A DNA stretch of 64,000 nt from Vicugna vicugna (lineage: Eukaryota): NCBI GenBank assembly GCA_013265495.1, contig MU057487.1, positions 1,054,001 through 1,118,000 on the forward strand, read 5' to 3'. The position numbers and the translations under genes were made by a program. Shown here one piece after another: positions 39,796-53,374 of this stretch; the first letter of the stretch is position 1; each line of letters begins with the position of its first letter. The notes beneath the pieces are model-generated. The model did not search any database. It was not told the DNA's origin and saw only the letters and a program-made list of their open reading frames with translations.

Positions 39796-42242
39796 GTTCT
39801 GTTTCTCCAAAAATTTCCTATTTTCATACAAGCCCCATCTCCGTTGTCTGCCTCCTCTCTCTTCTCTGGCCTTAGCCCTTACTTCACTGTAGCCCCAGCT
39901 GTAGACTACAAAGGAGGTGACATGTCCAGACAGCTATCTTCCTGCAAGCAGATTCTCACCGGAAAACTGGCTCTTGGTACCTTGGCAGAGAACTGCTAAA
40001 GCAGGAGCAGAGAAGTGGCCACCATCTGGACATCATGATGCTTGGTGCCAAATGGGACCCAGCCATGGGGAAGGAGAAAGGAAGGGTGTCACCCGATTGC
40101 ACACATTTATTTTCACTTTGAGGGGATTTGTTAGTAACCATGCTATCTGAGTGGAAGCTGTTGTAGGTGCTTCTGACGGCTGACAAATGTGTAGGCAAGG
40201 ATGAAACAAGGTGAGTGGTAGCCAGGCAATTTGCAAATGATTTGTGAGCCAGAAATTGGTGGTACTGATTACTCTGTACGAATGAAAGGATGCCCTTTTG
40301 AAGGAGAAAATGATGTGTATGCTTTCCCCCTACTTTCCTCTCCCTTTTTTAGAAGAATAGTAAGCATAAGAATTTTCCTGACAGTACCAAGGGAAAAAAA
40401 TGTAACACTACCCACTGACATTTCTCTCTTCCTCCTGAATTTTAATTATATTAACATTTTCCTATGCTACAGCTGTGTGTAACACCTGTGAAAACAACCC
40501 CAAAGTACATAGTGATATTTAGTGATCAATCAGCAGCATCAAATTTGCTACAGAGGTTTTCCTCCTAGTGACCTTGATTTCCTATGTATATACTGCTTTT
40601 GGAGATAGTTTCCAAGTAATGTGTATCTTAATTATTATTGTCTGCATTTATTATGAAGAAAGCTTGGGTGAACTACAGCATGTTGGGGGCATGGGTGTTT
40701 TAAAGTGTCTTCCCCACTTTAAGAATCATCTTGAATTTGCAATCATATATCCACAGTACATTGTATCCATCGTTTGACAGTTTGGAGTTTGCAAAGCACA
40801 TTCACATACATGGTATCATTCTAATTTTGATAGTAATAATCTGACACTGGCAGAAATTCCTACTTTATGGAAATACTTAATGGCTTATCAAACAGAACTT
40901 AGCTCCTGAGAGGCATTGTGGCTTGTGGAGCCAGCACTCACGCTGGAATCCCATGGACCCGGATTTGGACCTTAAAATCTCCTGTAGCCCAAATTAGCAA
41001 ACCTCTCCGAGTTTCAAGGGTACCAATTCCTGCCTCTAAGACTCATGTACATTCAAATAAGGTAATAACAGGAAGATCCTTGGGGTGGAGGCACCTGTCC
41101 ATGTCTTTTTCCTTCTCAACTAAGTCCAGGTCTCTTGCTTTTTCTATTATACAAGGATGCCTTCCCTTGCCTCTTTTTCTATCCTCTCTGTGACCAGTGA
41201 GACACTTTTTGAGATAACTGAATGCAATTAGGAGAATAAAACCTTTGGCCATGGAACATAGCCATGAGGAATAACAGAGATAAGAGAAAAAATACATGCT
41301 CCAAAAATGAGCTAACTACCCCAATCTACACTATTATTAATGGAATACAATTGGGATTATACATTGATTCTTAATATATTAAAGCTTCTATTCCCAAACT
41401 TAATATGTCACTTTCCTTTTAGGTTTTTTAAAAAGGGTTTTTAGTCCATCACCATAAATAACTAGAAGTTAATATTTCTTTTTCCTGTTTCAGAATGATT
41501 TAAATTCATATTTAGTAAAATGTAGGCCACTCGTAACCAAAATGCTGGTCTAATAATAAACTTCTTCTGTAATGATTTTTATTTTACTTGTCACTACAGT
41601 AAGATAAAATCTAATGACCAAGCTCCCTTCCCCTCACCCCCAAAATGCATCTGGCGCAGCTGATCCATTCAAATTCTGTTCAAGCTGGAATGATGGCCTA
41701 AAGGCAGAATCCTCAGTACTTGGATGCTTTGGTTCATCAGGATTCAACCTCTGTGAAATAAAATCTGATGTCTTTAATCGTTAATTCTTCAGTCAAGGAG
41801 AAAGCACTGCATCCTTGCTAATAGGAATCCATTTGTTGTATTGTGGCTCTTTTTGAATACAACCAAGGCTGGATGACCACATAACTCCATTACTTCTCAG
41901 AAGAGTGTAAGTACGACTCACAAACTGTAGGCGGGAAGATTTCCTTCTCATTAGAAAAGGAACGCTTCTGCCCACTCTTCATTGCTTCTTTCCATATGGA
42001 GGGTGCTACACGATTGCAACTCTCCTAGACTCTCTTCCCTCCTTCCCTCCTTCCTTTCAAGGTGGTAAGAATAATTCAATCCTATTAGTCTTAAAGGGAA
42101 AATTTGGAAAGCATAGTCCAGGCCTAGCCCTCCCATTTTCTCTTCAAGAAATGACTGTCTCCAGTAAGCCTGTAATCTGGCAACCCAAGACACCAGGGAC
42201 TTAGGAAACTTTCATGACTACAAAATGCACGTGATCCATCTA

Positions 42243-42460
42243 GATACAGCAAATGTTAACCACCATATATAAAAATAGATTATAAAAAACAAGTTTCTTC
42301 TGTATAGCACAGGGATCTGTATTTAATATCTTGTAATAACCTTTAATGAAAAAGAATATGAAAATGAATATATGTATGTATATGCATGACTGGGACATTG
42401 TGCTGTACACCAGAAATTGACACACTGTAACTGACTATACTTCAATAAAAAAAAGAAAAA
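42243..42460 (+). mobile_element. Camelid-type L1 3' end with poly(A)
   Basis: ctgtatagcacaggg..taatgaaaaagaatatgaaaatgaatatatgtatgtatatgcatgactgggacattgtgctgtacaccagaaattgacac..tacttcaataaaaaaa. Confidence 0.88.
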
Positions 42461-42717
42461 CACAGAAATTTATGTTATTAAAAAAAGAATTACCCACAGT
42501 TGGCATTTAACCATGTGATTATAACTTTTTAACCAAAGTTTACAATAATCTTAGAGCTGTAACACACACAGAGGTAATATCTAACTTCGGAAGGGGTAAA
42601 AATACCCAATATTTCATATATGTCTTCTTCTATATTTATTTCATTGAATAGCTTACTACTCCAACTCCAAAATGTAAAATCCTGACAGGAAAGAAACCAC
42701 TAATTAAACAATATTTA

Positions 42718-42837
42718 GAAGGGTGCAGCTCAGTGATAGTGTGCATGCTTAGCATACACAGGGTCCTGAGTTCAATCCCCAGCACCTCCATTAAAATAAA
42801 TAAATAAACCTAATTATCTTCCCCCAAAAAATAAAAA
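42718..42837 (+). mobile_element. Vic-1-type tRNA-Ala-derived SINE with TSD
   Basis: agctcagtgatagtgtgcatgcttagcatacacagggtcctgagttcaatccccagcacctcca + aataaacctaattatcttccccc tail; TSD taaac(a/c)atattta at 42705-42717 and 42838-42850. Confidence 0.9.
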
Positions 42838-43191
42838 TAAACCATATTTAATTTTTAAAGCATATTCACAACCTAATCTAGCTATCCCTATCAAATTTAA
42901 CTATATATTATAATTCATGTAATTTATATTTTATATCAACATGTACATTTATATAATTTATATTGCATATTTATATTTCATATGATATTATGATATATAT
43001 ATAAGTATTTACATATGCAAATATAGATGAAAATTTTGTCTACTGTATTTGAAATTTCCATAAATAAAGAAGTAGGCTTTTTTTTCCTATTCTAATTGCC
43101 CAGGTGATGTTTAGTCCAGGATGACAGAATTTAAAAATCAACTAAAAGAAATACGGTTCATCAGTCACCATTTAGAAATGTTTGAATATAC

Positions 43192-43196
<5 letters not shown>

Positions 43197-43232
<36 letters not shown>
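43197..43232. repeat. (TG)18 microsatellite
   Basis: Direct reading. Confidence 0.95.
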
Positions 43233-43233
<1 letters not shown>

Positions 43234-44284
43234 ATAAACTTCCAAACAAATATTTATAAATCAAAGAGATTGAGCCTCTTGAGAAACCATTTCACCCTCC
43301 TTATGCTTAATAATGCCCCAAATATCCCAGGCACATGAGTAGTAGGAAGTACACCACTTTAAGCCCAGCAAACTAGGCTATGAAAGAATCGGCCAGAAAT
43401 GTTCCCTTGTGTTCAGGCACTCGCTGTTTTCATGGGTGGCGGGTGGCTATTTCCATCCCCAGCCCTGGAATGTCATTCTAAATCTGGGTCGTCTGGGAAG
43501 CCCCTGCCAAACTGCCTCGGCCCCAGAGGCTGCTGGGCTGTGTGCAGCCTGCTCTTCTCCAGATCAAGGAAGCTCCCCATTCGTCTAACTTTTCCTCACA
43601 GCCTCACTTCTCCTAACCTTTCGGGATCTTTCAGGCCATTGACCATATGTCATTTACCTTTCCCCAGTGTCCCTTCAGAATTCCAAGTCCAAGCCCCACT
43701 GACTGAAGTTGACAGTCTTTTCCTCCATTTACGTAAAAAATGTGCAGCTTCACACTAGCCTAAAAGAAGGAAAAGCAGTGTCTCTCCCATACTCTGGGGA
43801 TAATGTACAGTTAAGAGGGCTGTCACGCGAAGAAAGAGCACAATGAAGTGCTGACTAGCAGGTATCTGAACACACCGCAAAGAAATTGGTTGAGGAAAAT
43901 GCTGTTAATTCAGACCTTACTTTGTCAGAAATTTTGACGGATTTATATCCTAACATAAATTTGCCTTTGTACTATCTACTTACAGTAAAGTATATTGAGA
44001 GTTTCAATAGGAATGCTTACATCAGCAGAATTGAGGAAAACAGGTGCTTTAGGTTTCATTAAGAGACTACAAAGTTTTATCTACTTTTATTTGGTACACG
44101 TTTCAAGTTATTGTAGTACAGGAGTTACATAATACCTGCTATATGGTCTTCCTAAATATATTTGCATAGTTAGGTTATATTTTCTATAAATTACTTCCGA
44201 ATAAAAAGTAGTCATTGTAAAATATTTTCTATAAAATGAGGCATAAGAATTGGTCAAGTTGAGGGTCATTGCTCTACAAGGCTA

Positions 44285-45175
44285 GACCCCAGGACCTCTC
44301 AGCCTTCACTTCCCACCAGCCTTCTGCAGGCTTAGCCCAGACCTGCTTTCCTTGCTGCCTCTCAGACACATTTCTGCCTCAGGACAATGGCACTGATTAT
44401 TTCAATGCCTGAAACATTTTTCCCAAGTTATCCACCTGGTTCACCCCCTTCATTTGGGTCTCTGCTCAAAGGTTACCTTATTGGAAAGGTTATAGATGAC
44501 CATTCTTATAACACAATTCTATTGACTCACACACATTGACCATCCTCACACCATATCCCCTTATGCTACCTGCTATAAACTAAATGTTTGAATCCCCTCA
44601 AATTCACATGTAGAAGCACTAACCACTGCACTGCCCCCGCCCCAGTGTGACTGCATTTGGAGATGGAGCTTCTAAGGAAGTAAGTATTGTAAAATGAGGT
44701 CATAACGGTAGGACTTGCTCTGACAGGAATAGTGTCCTTATAAGAAGAGACACCAGAGAGCCCTCTTCTCTGTGCACACACAGAAGGCAGGCCATGGAAA
44801 CGCACAGCGATATGGTGGCCGCCTACAAGCCAAAGAGGAGAGCTCAGAATAAACTCTACCTTGCCAGCACTTTGATCTCAGACTTCTCTGCCTTCAGAAC
44901 TGTGAGAAATAAATTCCTGCTGTTTAAGCCCCCCTAGGCTGTGGCATTTTGTTGTGGCAGCCTGAACAGACAGATATGTTATCCTACCATCATAATTCCA
45001 GTGAAGAAAAATATGTTTTAAAATGTAATTTCTTAACAATTATCATGACCTCTCACTGCATTTCTGCCTGCGGTGCGTCTCCCATCTAGAAAGGAAGGAC
45101 TATGAGAACAAGGTCTTTGTCTTGTTCATCACTGACTCCACAGCACTGCAGGTATCTATTGGATAAGTGAATGTT
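44285..45175 (+). mobile_element. L2 3' portion, interrupted by an MLT1A LTR
   Basis: tttctgcctcaggac..tgcctgaaacatttttccc..gggtctctgctcaaaggttacct; after the LTR: tatgagaacaaggtctttgtcttgttcatcactg. Confidence 0.7.
44571..44976 (+). mobile_element. MLT1A-type MaLR solo LTR
   Basis: tgctataaactaaatgtttg..cccctcaaattcacatg..gtgtccttataagaagagacaccagagag..cagaactgtgagaaataaatt..gttgtggcagcctga. Confidence 0.9.
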
Positions 45176-46374
45176 AAGAGAATGAACATTGATGTAATAC
45201 TTCATAAGTATTCAAGAGCAATTTGACAATCCCTTCCTCTATATTGTCTGAAATGGCAAGATCTTTTCAAAACAAAAATCAGAAAAAAAAAAGCATCTTA
45301 TGTGTTTTCCGGTTTATAGTTATAAGACACAGCAAGAATCTGAAACCTACTTCCCCAATGTCCAAAATAGAGCATGCCGTCACCACCTGATATCGACGTG
45401 AGGAAGAAACAAGGAAAAAAGAGCAAAAGGAAAGCATGAACATTTCATCAGCAAACAGAGAAGCCATTCCAATCTAAAATTATTTTGATAATGTATAATA
45501 TGCTCGATAGCATGGGGAATAAGACAAAAATACACCATCGCTTGCTATTTTGGAGGGACAAGCAGTTACACTTGCTCTAACAGTTGTCAAGTGTGTTCCC
45601 GTACTCTGTGGGTCTATAATGGCCAGCTAGAAACTGTGGGCTGACAGTTCTATTGATAGACTTGAGCAACACACTGCAGTCTGTCATGTTTCACATTTAC
45701 ATCTTAGACTCTGATCTGTTTTCTTTTCCTCATGAAATCAATTCTGTAGCAATTAAATCACCAGCCTACCAGGCATTTTAATATCCCAAGCCTGTATCTA
45801 TATATAGCCCAGAAAGAAGGTAATTAGAGGTGACCTACTATCTCTGGTGAAGGGAGACATGTTAGACAAATCAGAACTTCATCATTACTCTAAGGAGGTA
45901 TTGCTAAACCTGCTTCATGCTTGATTCAGTCCTTCTCGGTGACATGATGTTGAGCCCTTTTATTTGATCCCTAGGGGACACAGGCTCCAAAATGGGTGTC
46001 ATTATCTGGGATTTTGTTTCACTTTCTGTGAATTTAAGGCATCGCTGAAATAGACTCTGTTTTTAGCTGTGGGTTGATATCGTCACATGCACACGGCATT
46101 GGATGAAGTAGGCTTTGAAAGATATGAAAAGGCTCAAGGAAAATGACTTTTCAGATTCTCATCCATTTGAGTGTTTTGAGCTGAGCCTTGCAGGTTGAGA
46201 ATTTCTTGTCTAAGTGATTTAAGAAAAAATAAGAAGAAATTGCCACAAGATCCAGGCAAATTTTATTGGTCTTTATCTTTGAAAATTTAGTTTACTACTT
46301 CAGATGTATAGCATGCATATATAAGGCAGTTAAGGCACGGTCTAAAAAACAAAGAATTTAACTTATGAAGCTAT

Positions 46375-46510
46375 TGGAATTGGACTTGGGTCTGGGTCTT
46401 TTGAAGACCCAAGTCCAATCCCTGCTTTGTCTCTTACTAGCTACAACTAGTCGTTAAAATCTGAGCCTAGATTACTTGGTTTATTGAATGGTAATAAAAA
46501 GACCATTCTT
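46375..46510 (+). mobile_element. MIR 5' fragment
   Basis: agacccaagtccaatccctgctttgtctcttactagct..ctgagcct..aatggtaataa. Confidence 0.55.
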
Positions 46511-47379
46511 CGAATATAAGATACACATCTTTTCCATTTTATATTTTATTATATGTATATTTCCAGTTCATTTAGTAACTGAAATTGAGATGCATCTTAC
46601 AATGTTTGGTTGCTTTCAACAATCCACCTGTGTATTTTGGACCAAGCTATTGCTTTGGGCCACCCTGTATTTCAGAAATAATAGATCTGAGCCACTACTA
46701 AGCTAAAAACATGGTCATGACCCTGTCACCACCTCCTCAACCCATCTCCCTGGCTGTATCCACACAGCTCCTCAGTTCCAATGCCTCTCTTTGCTGAACC
46801 CAAGTTTGGAAACCTCTAGACTGAAAGCTCAGGGGTTTAATATGGGGCAAGCATGGCACAGAGCAAGGTAGATTTCCTTGATATGCTCCCTAGTTTTATT
46901 CCCCGTTATGATAACACACCTATTATAAACACTTCAAGTCGTTAAGTCAGAGAGAATACTTAGTGAACTCATCTGGGGCTAAAGGAAAAACTCAAAGTAC
47001 ATTTATGATAAGCATAAAACAAAATTTCTAGGTGATTAAAAAAATTTTGTCATGGTTAAGTAAAATAATTGTTTTGCTTTCACAGTGGTATATAGTAAAA
47101 AGGACTTTTGTAATCTATGGTATGTAACCTACAGCTGGGTTAGATGAGATAATTTAGGTAAAAGTGCTTCGTAAATGACAAATCAATAGAAATGAAAAAT
47201 ATGACAAGAATCAGTCAGGAATCTTTTGAAGATAAGGAAAACCACTGTAGGTATTAAGCAAAAAAGAATTTGTCAAGGTTCCTAAAAAAGCATGGAGAGG
47301 ACAGAAGAGGAGGTTCTAGACAATGCCTTTTAGACGGACTCTCAGAACACCGCTGTAACACTGGGCTATCAAGATGTTT

Positions 47380-47800
47380 GCTGCCTCTACAACAGTCAGA
47401 AAGCTGGGAAATCATGAAGTCATCTCTGGACCTGTTAACTCCAAAAATATTCTGTCTTAAGTACAATCCAGAGATAAGGAGACTACCCTGGAACTGTTCA
47501 CCCAGAGCCAGCCACCTACCGGATAAAGAGATGCTTCGCACCCCATGACCTGCTTCTCCACAAACACACAACTAATGACAGGTAACAGGGACCCATGCTA
47601 ACACAGTCACAGAAACACCCACTGCTTCTGTGACCATGCCTGACAGCAAGAAGGGAGAAGCAACAGAAAGACAACCTCAGATTCACTTTTTCCCCTGTAT
47701 TTCGTGGGTGTACATCTAACTAGCCAAACTTAAAATCACACCTAGATCCTTGGCTGCAAAGAATTTTAAATGTAGCTTTTAGTTTTTTAGTTTTCCAGCA
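47380..47800 (-). mobile_element. Old MaLR LTR (MLT1K-N-like), degenerate
   Basis: gccaaacttaaaatcaca..ccttggctgcaaagaa..aaatgtagcttttag resembles the old MLT1 terminus. Confidence 0.4.
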
Positions 47801-49599
47801 TCTGAATATAAGGAGGCATACAAAGATGGGGAAGGAATAAATGTAAAAGGACAATTCAGAGGATTTAGGGAGTATCAGGAGACCATACTCCCACCCTTAA
47901 GATGAGAAAAGCTACCAAGAATAGTCTTCTTTAAAATCCATCCCAGAGCTGAGATGCAAAGAATCAAAATGACTTAAATTCCAACAAGTGACAAGCCCTT
48001 CTCAGGAGAAGAGACAATTGGTTGTCCTAATTCTGCCCAAATAGTGAGAGAAGGAACCAATAATCGGTGGGGTAAGGAGAAACCTGCCAAATCCTAACAA
48101 ACTATTAATGAACTACTAACAGCCACCTGTGAGCTAGCATGATGGATTAGAATCTTGGGGAACTCCGGCCACAGAGCAATCCTGCATCAACTTTCCAACA
48201 CGTTCTCAGGAGCTACACTGCTGCATAGAGTGGTGTATCAAAGCCTGGGGATGGGAAAAGAGGTTTGGAGGAAGTCCCTCTGAGGCACTCCAGGACTACT
48301 TGCCCCTGGTTCAGCCAGAAGCCCACTGAAGGCTGAAGGAGTCAGAAGCGCTAAGAGTAATCAGTCTCTCAAGGAACTCCAGACCTTTACCAAGTACGTT
48401 CCAGAGACCCTTCAGAGTCTGGGGGTAGAGGATCAGGGTGGAATCTTTCCTGAAGGAACACGAAGCCAGGGGTGTAACTACAGTGCAAAGAGTATTCCCC
48501 AGTGATTTATAAGTCCTAAGAGAATACAAGGAAAATTTAGAGAAGTGTTCAGTCTAGAGTTTAAAGTTCATCTGTCTGCAATTAGATATCAATGAGAGTG
48601 ACAGGATATGTTTCAAACCTTTTATATACCAAAAAAAAAAGTATATTAGAAAAAATCATCATGGTAACCATCAACTAGTAGAGGTCTACATTGGATGTGG
48701 ATTTGGAGGTGGGAATTTGGCACAGAGACTTTATAAGATTAAACTCACTTTAGAATCAATGTAGAGAAAAACAGACTCATACAGCCCAGCAACAACCTGC
48801 CAAGGCACTCTGAACACCAGGCTCCACCAGCATCCAGTCCAGTATCTGAACTTGCTGTTTATTCAACAGTCATCTATTGAGACCCTACTAGGCACAAAGC
48901 AGAGTGTGAGACACTTCAGGGACATCATGCAAAGAAGAAAAGGGTATTTGTTGTTCCAGCTCAAGGAGATTACTGTGCCTCTTAATATAGTACAATTGAG
49001 AGTTCCACACTCTAGGAAAAAGCAATGAATTGAATAACACTGTGCTCACCCAACACTGTCTAGAAAAGATTCCTCAACAATCCTTCCTCTCAGAGCCGAG
49101 AGGACAATATTTCAACATGGTGCATTCTACTGGATGTCTCGTTGGGGGTTTCAAGTGGGTAAACATAAGTCAGCTGAAAGTAATATGTCATGATCATTAG
49201 CACCTCTGTACCTGTTCAAGTACCATTTCTACTACCTTTTATGTGACTTCTTAACTCTTGTTCTCTCAAGTTTCTGCTAAAAGATTCATTTCCACTGGGA
49301 AGCAATCCTGGAACTTCCTAGAGTTAATGGCTTCTTTCTCTGTATTAATATAGTTTCCAATTCCCTTCCCTGTGGAAAGGCCAGTAGGTTAGGCCTGGCT
49401 GGTGGAAGTGCTGGGAACTGAAGATGTCAGGGTGGCCACCATCACGTGGCCTGGACTGCCACCTATTTGAGGGAGGAAAAAAATATTCATAATAGAGGCC
49501 TCATGTCATCTTTTCTCATCTGACAGTTCTCTTCTGATTATTGCACTTCCCTGCAGAAGTGCTTACTTACCACTTACAGACAATATCCAGACTCTAGAG

Positions 49600-49777
49600 C
49601 AGAGGTTGGGAAACCAAGTCCTGCTGGCCAAATCCAGCCCATGCTGGATTTGTATGACCCACAAGCTAAGAATGTTTCTCACATTTTAATGGGTAGGGGA
49701 AAAGAAAAGAAGAAGAAGAAAATGCAACAGACTTATGCAGCCCCCTACACTTAACAGGAAAAGTTTATGGACCCCTG
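49600..49777. mobile_element. MER58A-like (hAT-Charlie)
   Basis: cagaggttgggaaac..ggccaaatccagccc..agctaagaatgtttctcacatttt..aaaagttt..gacccctg; partial 8-bp TSD ctctagag/acgtagag. Confidence 0.82.
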
Positions 49778-50149
49778 ACGTAGAGAAGGGCATCTGAGCT
49801 GGTCTTGTCTGCACCCCAGTGCCTTTCTGGCCTCATCTATAGAATCCAACATCCAGCCACAGAAAACGACTTGAACTTTCCCCAGAACATGTCTTGCTTT
49901 TACTACGCCCACAGCTTTCAACATGCTATTTCTTCTGCCTCCCATGACATGATCAGATGCTTATTTTAGAAAATTGACTCTGGTGACTGTTTCAAAGATG
50001 GGCTTTTGATAGGTTGTGGGAATGATGTTGGGACCAGGAAAGGATTTGAAAAGGTCAGTCGTTTAAGAGAGTGGGTTTAAGAAAATGATATTGAAAGTCT
50101 GGGAAAAGTACAGAGGAGGATGCAGTTGGAAAAAAAATAGGAAGGATAT

Positions 50150-50517
50150 TGTTTGATTTCAGGCTGCTACAATAGAATGCTTTTGACTGGGTGGCTTAAG
50201 CAACAAATGTCTATTTCTCACAGTTCTGGAGGCTGGAATCTGAGATTGGGAAGCCAGCATGGTTGAGTTCTGGGTGAGGGCCCTCCTCTTAGGTCACAGA
50301 CATCTGCCTTCTCACTGATACTTTATCTGGTGAAAAGAGAAAGCTCTGGTCCCTTCACTGCCCTATAAGGGCACTAATCCCATCCTGGGAGCACCATGCT
50401 CATTATCTTATCTAAACCTAACTACCTCCCAAAGGCCCCACCTCCAAATACCATCACACTGGGGATTAGGGCTTCTACATATTAATTTGATGGGACACGA
50501 ACATTCAGTCCAGAGCA
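50150..50517 (-). mobile_element. MLT1A-type MaLR solo LTR
   Basis: ggctgctacaata..gactgggtggctta..tatttctcacagttctggaggctgg..acctcccaaaggccccacctccaaataccatcac..acattcagtccagagca. Confidence 0.9.
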
Positions 50518-50519
50518 GA

Positions 50520-51000
50520 TATGAAACGTATTTATTAGCTGTAGGGGTCAAGGAGTCTATGAAGCCAAAAAAGCCTGGAAATGTAGTAAGATCATGCATG
50601 ATGCTGTCCACACTAACAGAAAAGCAGTTCTGGGAAGAAGATGGCAGGTTCAAGCTTCTAGCTGTTACATTTTTCATTTCTGTGTGAAACATCCATGTTA
50701 ATATCTTGCAAGCAGTTAGAAACAGTATTCTAAAATTCAGGCGACAGGACTACTTTGGAGCTAGAGTTTTGAATGAATTGGCACTGTGAGTGTAGGTGAG
50801 ATCCTGCGGTCAAGGCTGGAACCAGAGGAATGTTCACGGGGCAAAACAAGTCAAGTCAGCAATGAAGGAGACTGAGGAGTGATCAGATTAAGAAATAACC
50901 AGAACAAAATGGAGTCATAGAAACCATGAGGAAAAGGTGCCAAGTGCTGCAGAATAATCAAAACGAGTAAAGACTGAAAAGTGTTTATTTCATTGGCTAC
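50520..51000 (-). mobile_element. L2 fragment
   Basis: cagcaatgaaggagactgaggag..gagtcatagaaacca..caagtgctgcaga..aagactgaaaagtgt. Confidence 0.6.
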
Positions 51001-51094
51001 AAGATGGCATCACCCTCCTCTCAGGGTCTGGAAAGTAGAGAAATACAGAGAGAAAGAAGAGGCTTGTCAGAGAATTATATGATAATCGTAAAAA

Positions 51095-51315
51095 GGCTGT
51101 AGCTTCAGATGGTTCTGGCTTTAAATCCTGGCTCGGTCCTTTATTTGCTGTGTGACCTAATTAACTTTTCTAGATGGCAGTTTCCCATCTGCAAAATGGA
51201 AATAACACTAATTACATATGACTATTATGAGGCATTCATAAAATGATAGATATTAAAGTGCTTAATACATAGCAAATGTCTAATAATCAATATAAATGAT
51301 TAGTAATAGTACTAT
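51095..51315 (+). mobile_element. MIR SINE
   Basis: aaatcctggctc..gctgtgtgacct..cagtttcccatctgcaaaatggaaataa..taaagtgctta. Confidence 0.8.
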
Positions 51316-51510
51316 TATATTTGCAGCTTGTAAGAAGACAGGATTATAGCTACAGGTGGGCACAAGATCAAGAGAAAAACACTGTTTTTAATTTTGAAAA
51401 TTGAGCACGTTTATAGGCTGTAGACTTGATGTCTGTGGAAATAGAGCTTGTAATTGATCAAGTACAGTCCTGGAGGATATAAAAGAATGAAATCAAAAAT
51501 AGAGATGACA

Positions 51511-51780
51511 GGGGGTGAGGATATAGCTCAGTGGTAGAGTGTACGCCTAGCATGCCTGAGGTCCTGGGTTCAATCCCTAGTACCTCCACTAAAAAAAAAA
51601 AAAAAAAAAAAAACAAAAATATCCCCCCACCAAAAAAAATAAAAAAAAAAAAATTTTAAAANNNNNNNNNNNNNNNNNNNNNNNNNNNNNNNNNNNNNNN
51701 NNNNNNNNNNNNNNNNNNNNNNNNNNNNNNNACAAAAAAAAAAAAAAAAGAATAACCTAATTACCTACCCTCCAAAAAAG
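51511..51780 (+). mobile_element. Vic-1-type SINE spanning the assembly gap
   Basis: gaggatatagctcagtggtagagtgtacgcctagcatgcctgaggtcctgggttcaatccctagtacctcca; tail aacctaattacctaccc follows the gap. Confidence 0.9.
51662..51731. other. Assembly gap (70 N)
   Basis: Run of N. Confidence 0.99.
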
Positions 51781-53374
51781 ATGAAAAATATATAATTTTA
51801 AAATATGTGCATATATGACAAATTAGAATCTGTTTTTAAAGAATTAAGTTTGTAAGTGTGCACATATGAGAGAGACATGAGGTGGGAGTAGAATCAAAAA
51901 GAGGGAAGAGATAATGGAAGCTGAGGGAGTTCCCATCTAGTTAGCAAAGTTATGGAGAAAGCCTTAAAACTTCCCAAGGGACCAAGCTCTATGAAGCATT
52001 AAAATGTCACTGGAGAAAATGATTTTACCTGAACTTCTCTCAGAGACAGCACTATTAGATACGACGGGGGCAAATTCGATTGCTCCTTGAGGTAGGGGAA
52101 AGGGAGACAGACTTCCCTCAGTCAGCAAGGCTCGTGCACAGGTGATCACAACAGAAGGTGGCAAAACTGCTGTCTGAGAAGGGAGGCCCTGATGCGGCTC
52201 TGCCCAGGGGGCTGGGCGAGTCCGAGGCTGCGTGGAACAACAGGGAAGCTGGACTTGACACCAGCCCCTCCCTCCTCGTTAACCACTGTCTGAGTAACAT
52301 TGGTTTAAAGCTGCCAAGTCATCAGCCTGCGTGGGGTGTTTAAACCTTGGCCTCTGTCAAGAATGGAAATTACCTGGTGAGGATCCAGGGAAGAGGTTAG
52401 GGTGTGTGAAGAGTGGTGGAAGTGATGATAGATTCTGTGGGAAATGTGAAACCGACAGGTAGGGAAAACACGCCAGGGGCAGACAGACTGGGAGAAAGGG
52501 GGAAATCAAGGGGCTGGAATTCTCTATGAGGCCATCTATACTTCCCTGCCTTTCCTTTGATGTCTTCCATTCTGCCAGTTCTTTCTGCTGACTTTCTTTG
52601 AATCCCTGCCTTTCTTCCTTCCCTCTTCCCCCTCTTCCCCACTCCGCCTCACCTTTGGCCTACATCTTCGCTCAGTATTCCCCTGGTGTCACGACTTTGC
52701 TGAGCTCTGCAGGTGAACGCTGGCTTGTTTGATCTTATTGGCAGGATGTGCAGCTTCCCATTATGGTGGGGGAAGGGGAGATAGTATATAAATCCCAATT
52801 TCTAGGACCAAAAAATGCAGTCTACAATATTCAGATACGCTTCCCTTTCCACAAATACACACAGTTTCTCTTCCATTTTGCTCTAGAGAGCTTTAGTCAG
52901 TCCCTCTCATAAACTTTTCTTTATCATAGCCCCTTCAGCCCACCCAGTATGAGAGGAATCAAGCAGTTTTCTTTACAGAGGCATATTCAAGCCAGAGTAT
53001 TAACTCCAAAATAAGACATTTCCCAGGAATAATGACTGTTGTAGCTAATAACCTGTAGCACGGTTTGGCCCATCAACAACTCCCAGCTGGTTAATGCTCC
53101 CTTAGGGACTGCCCGGTGTCTCAATCATTATTGACTAATTAGTCCAGCTTTCCTGAATGCTTCTGTGTTTTTGTGACATCACATCTCCAACAGCTGTATT
53201 TGGTTATCCACTAACCAAACGCCGTTGTCTGATTTCAGATTCTTCTGGACCAGTACTGAATGATGCGCTAGTTCACTTCCACATAATTACAGGAGAAAAA
53301 TGGAATGAGACTACATCTTAAAGGGCAGCTTCCCACACAGTGCAGGCTTTCTAAGATAACCATCGACAAGCTCT

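Noticed and set aside
41793..41906. Plus-strand AG...GTAAGT exon-like segment
   Set aside because: Stops in all three frames and no supporting neighbouring exons.
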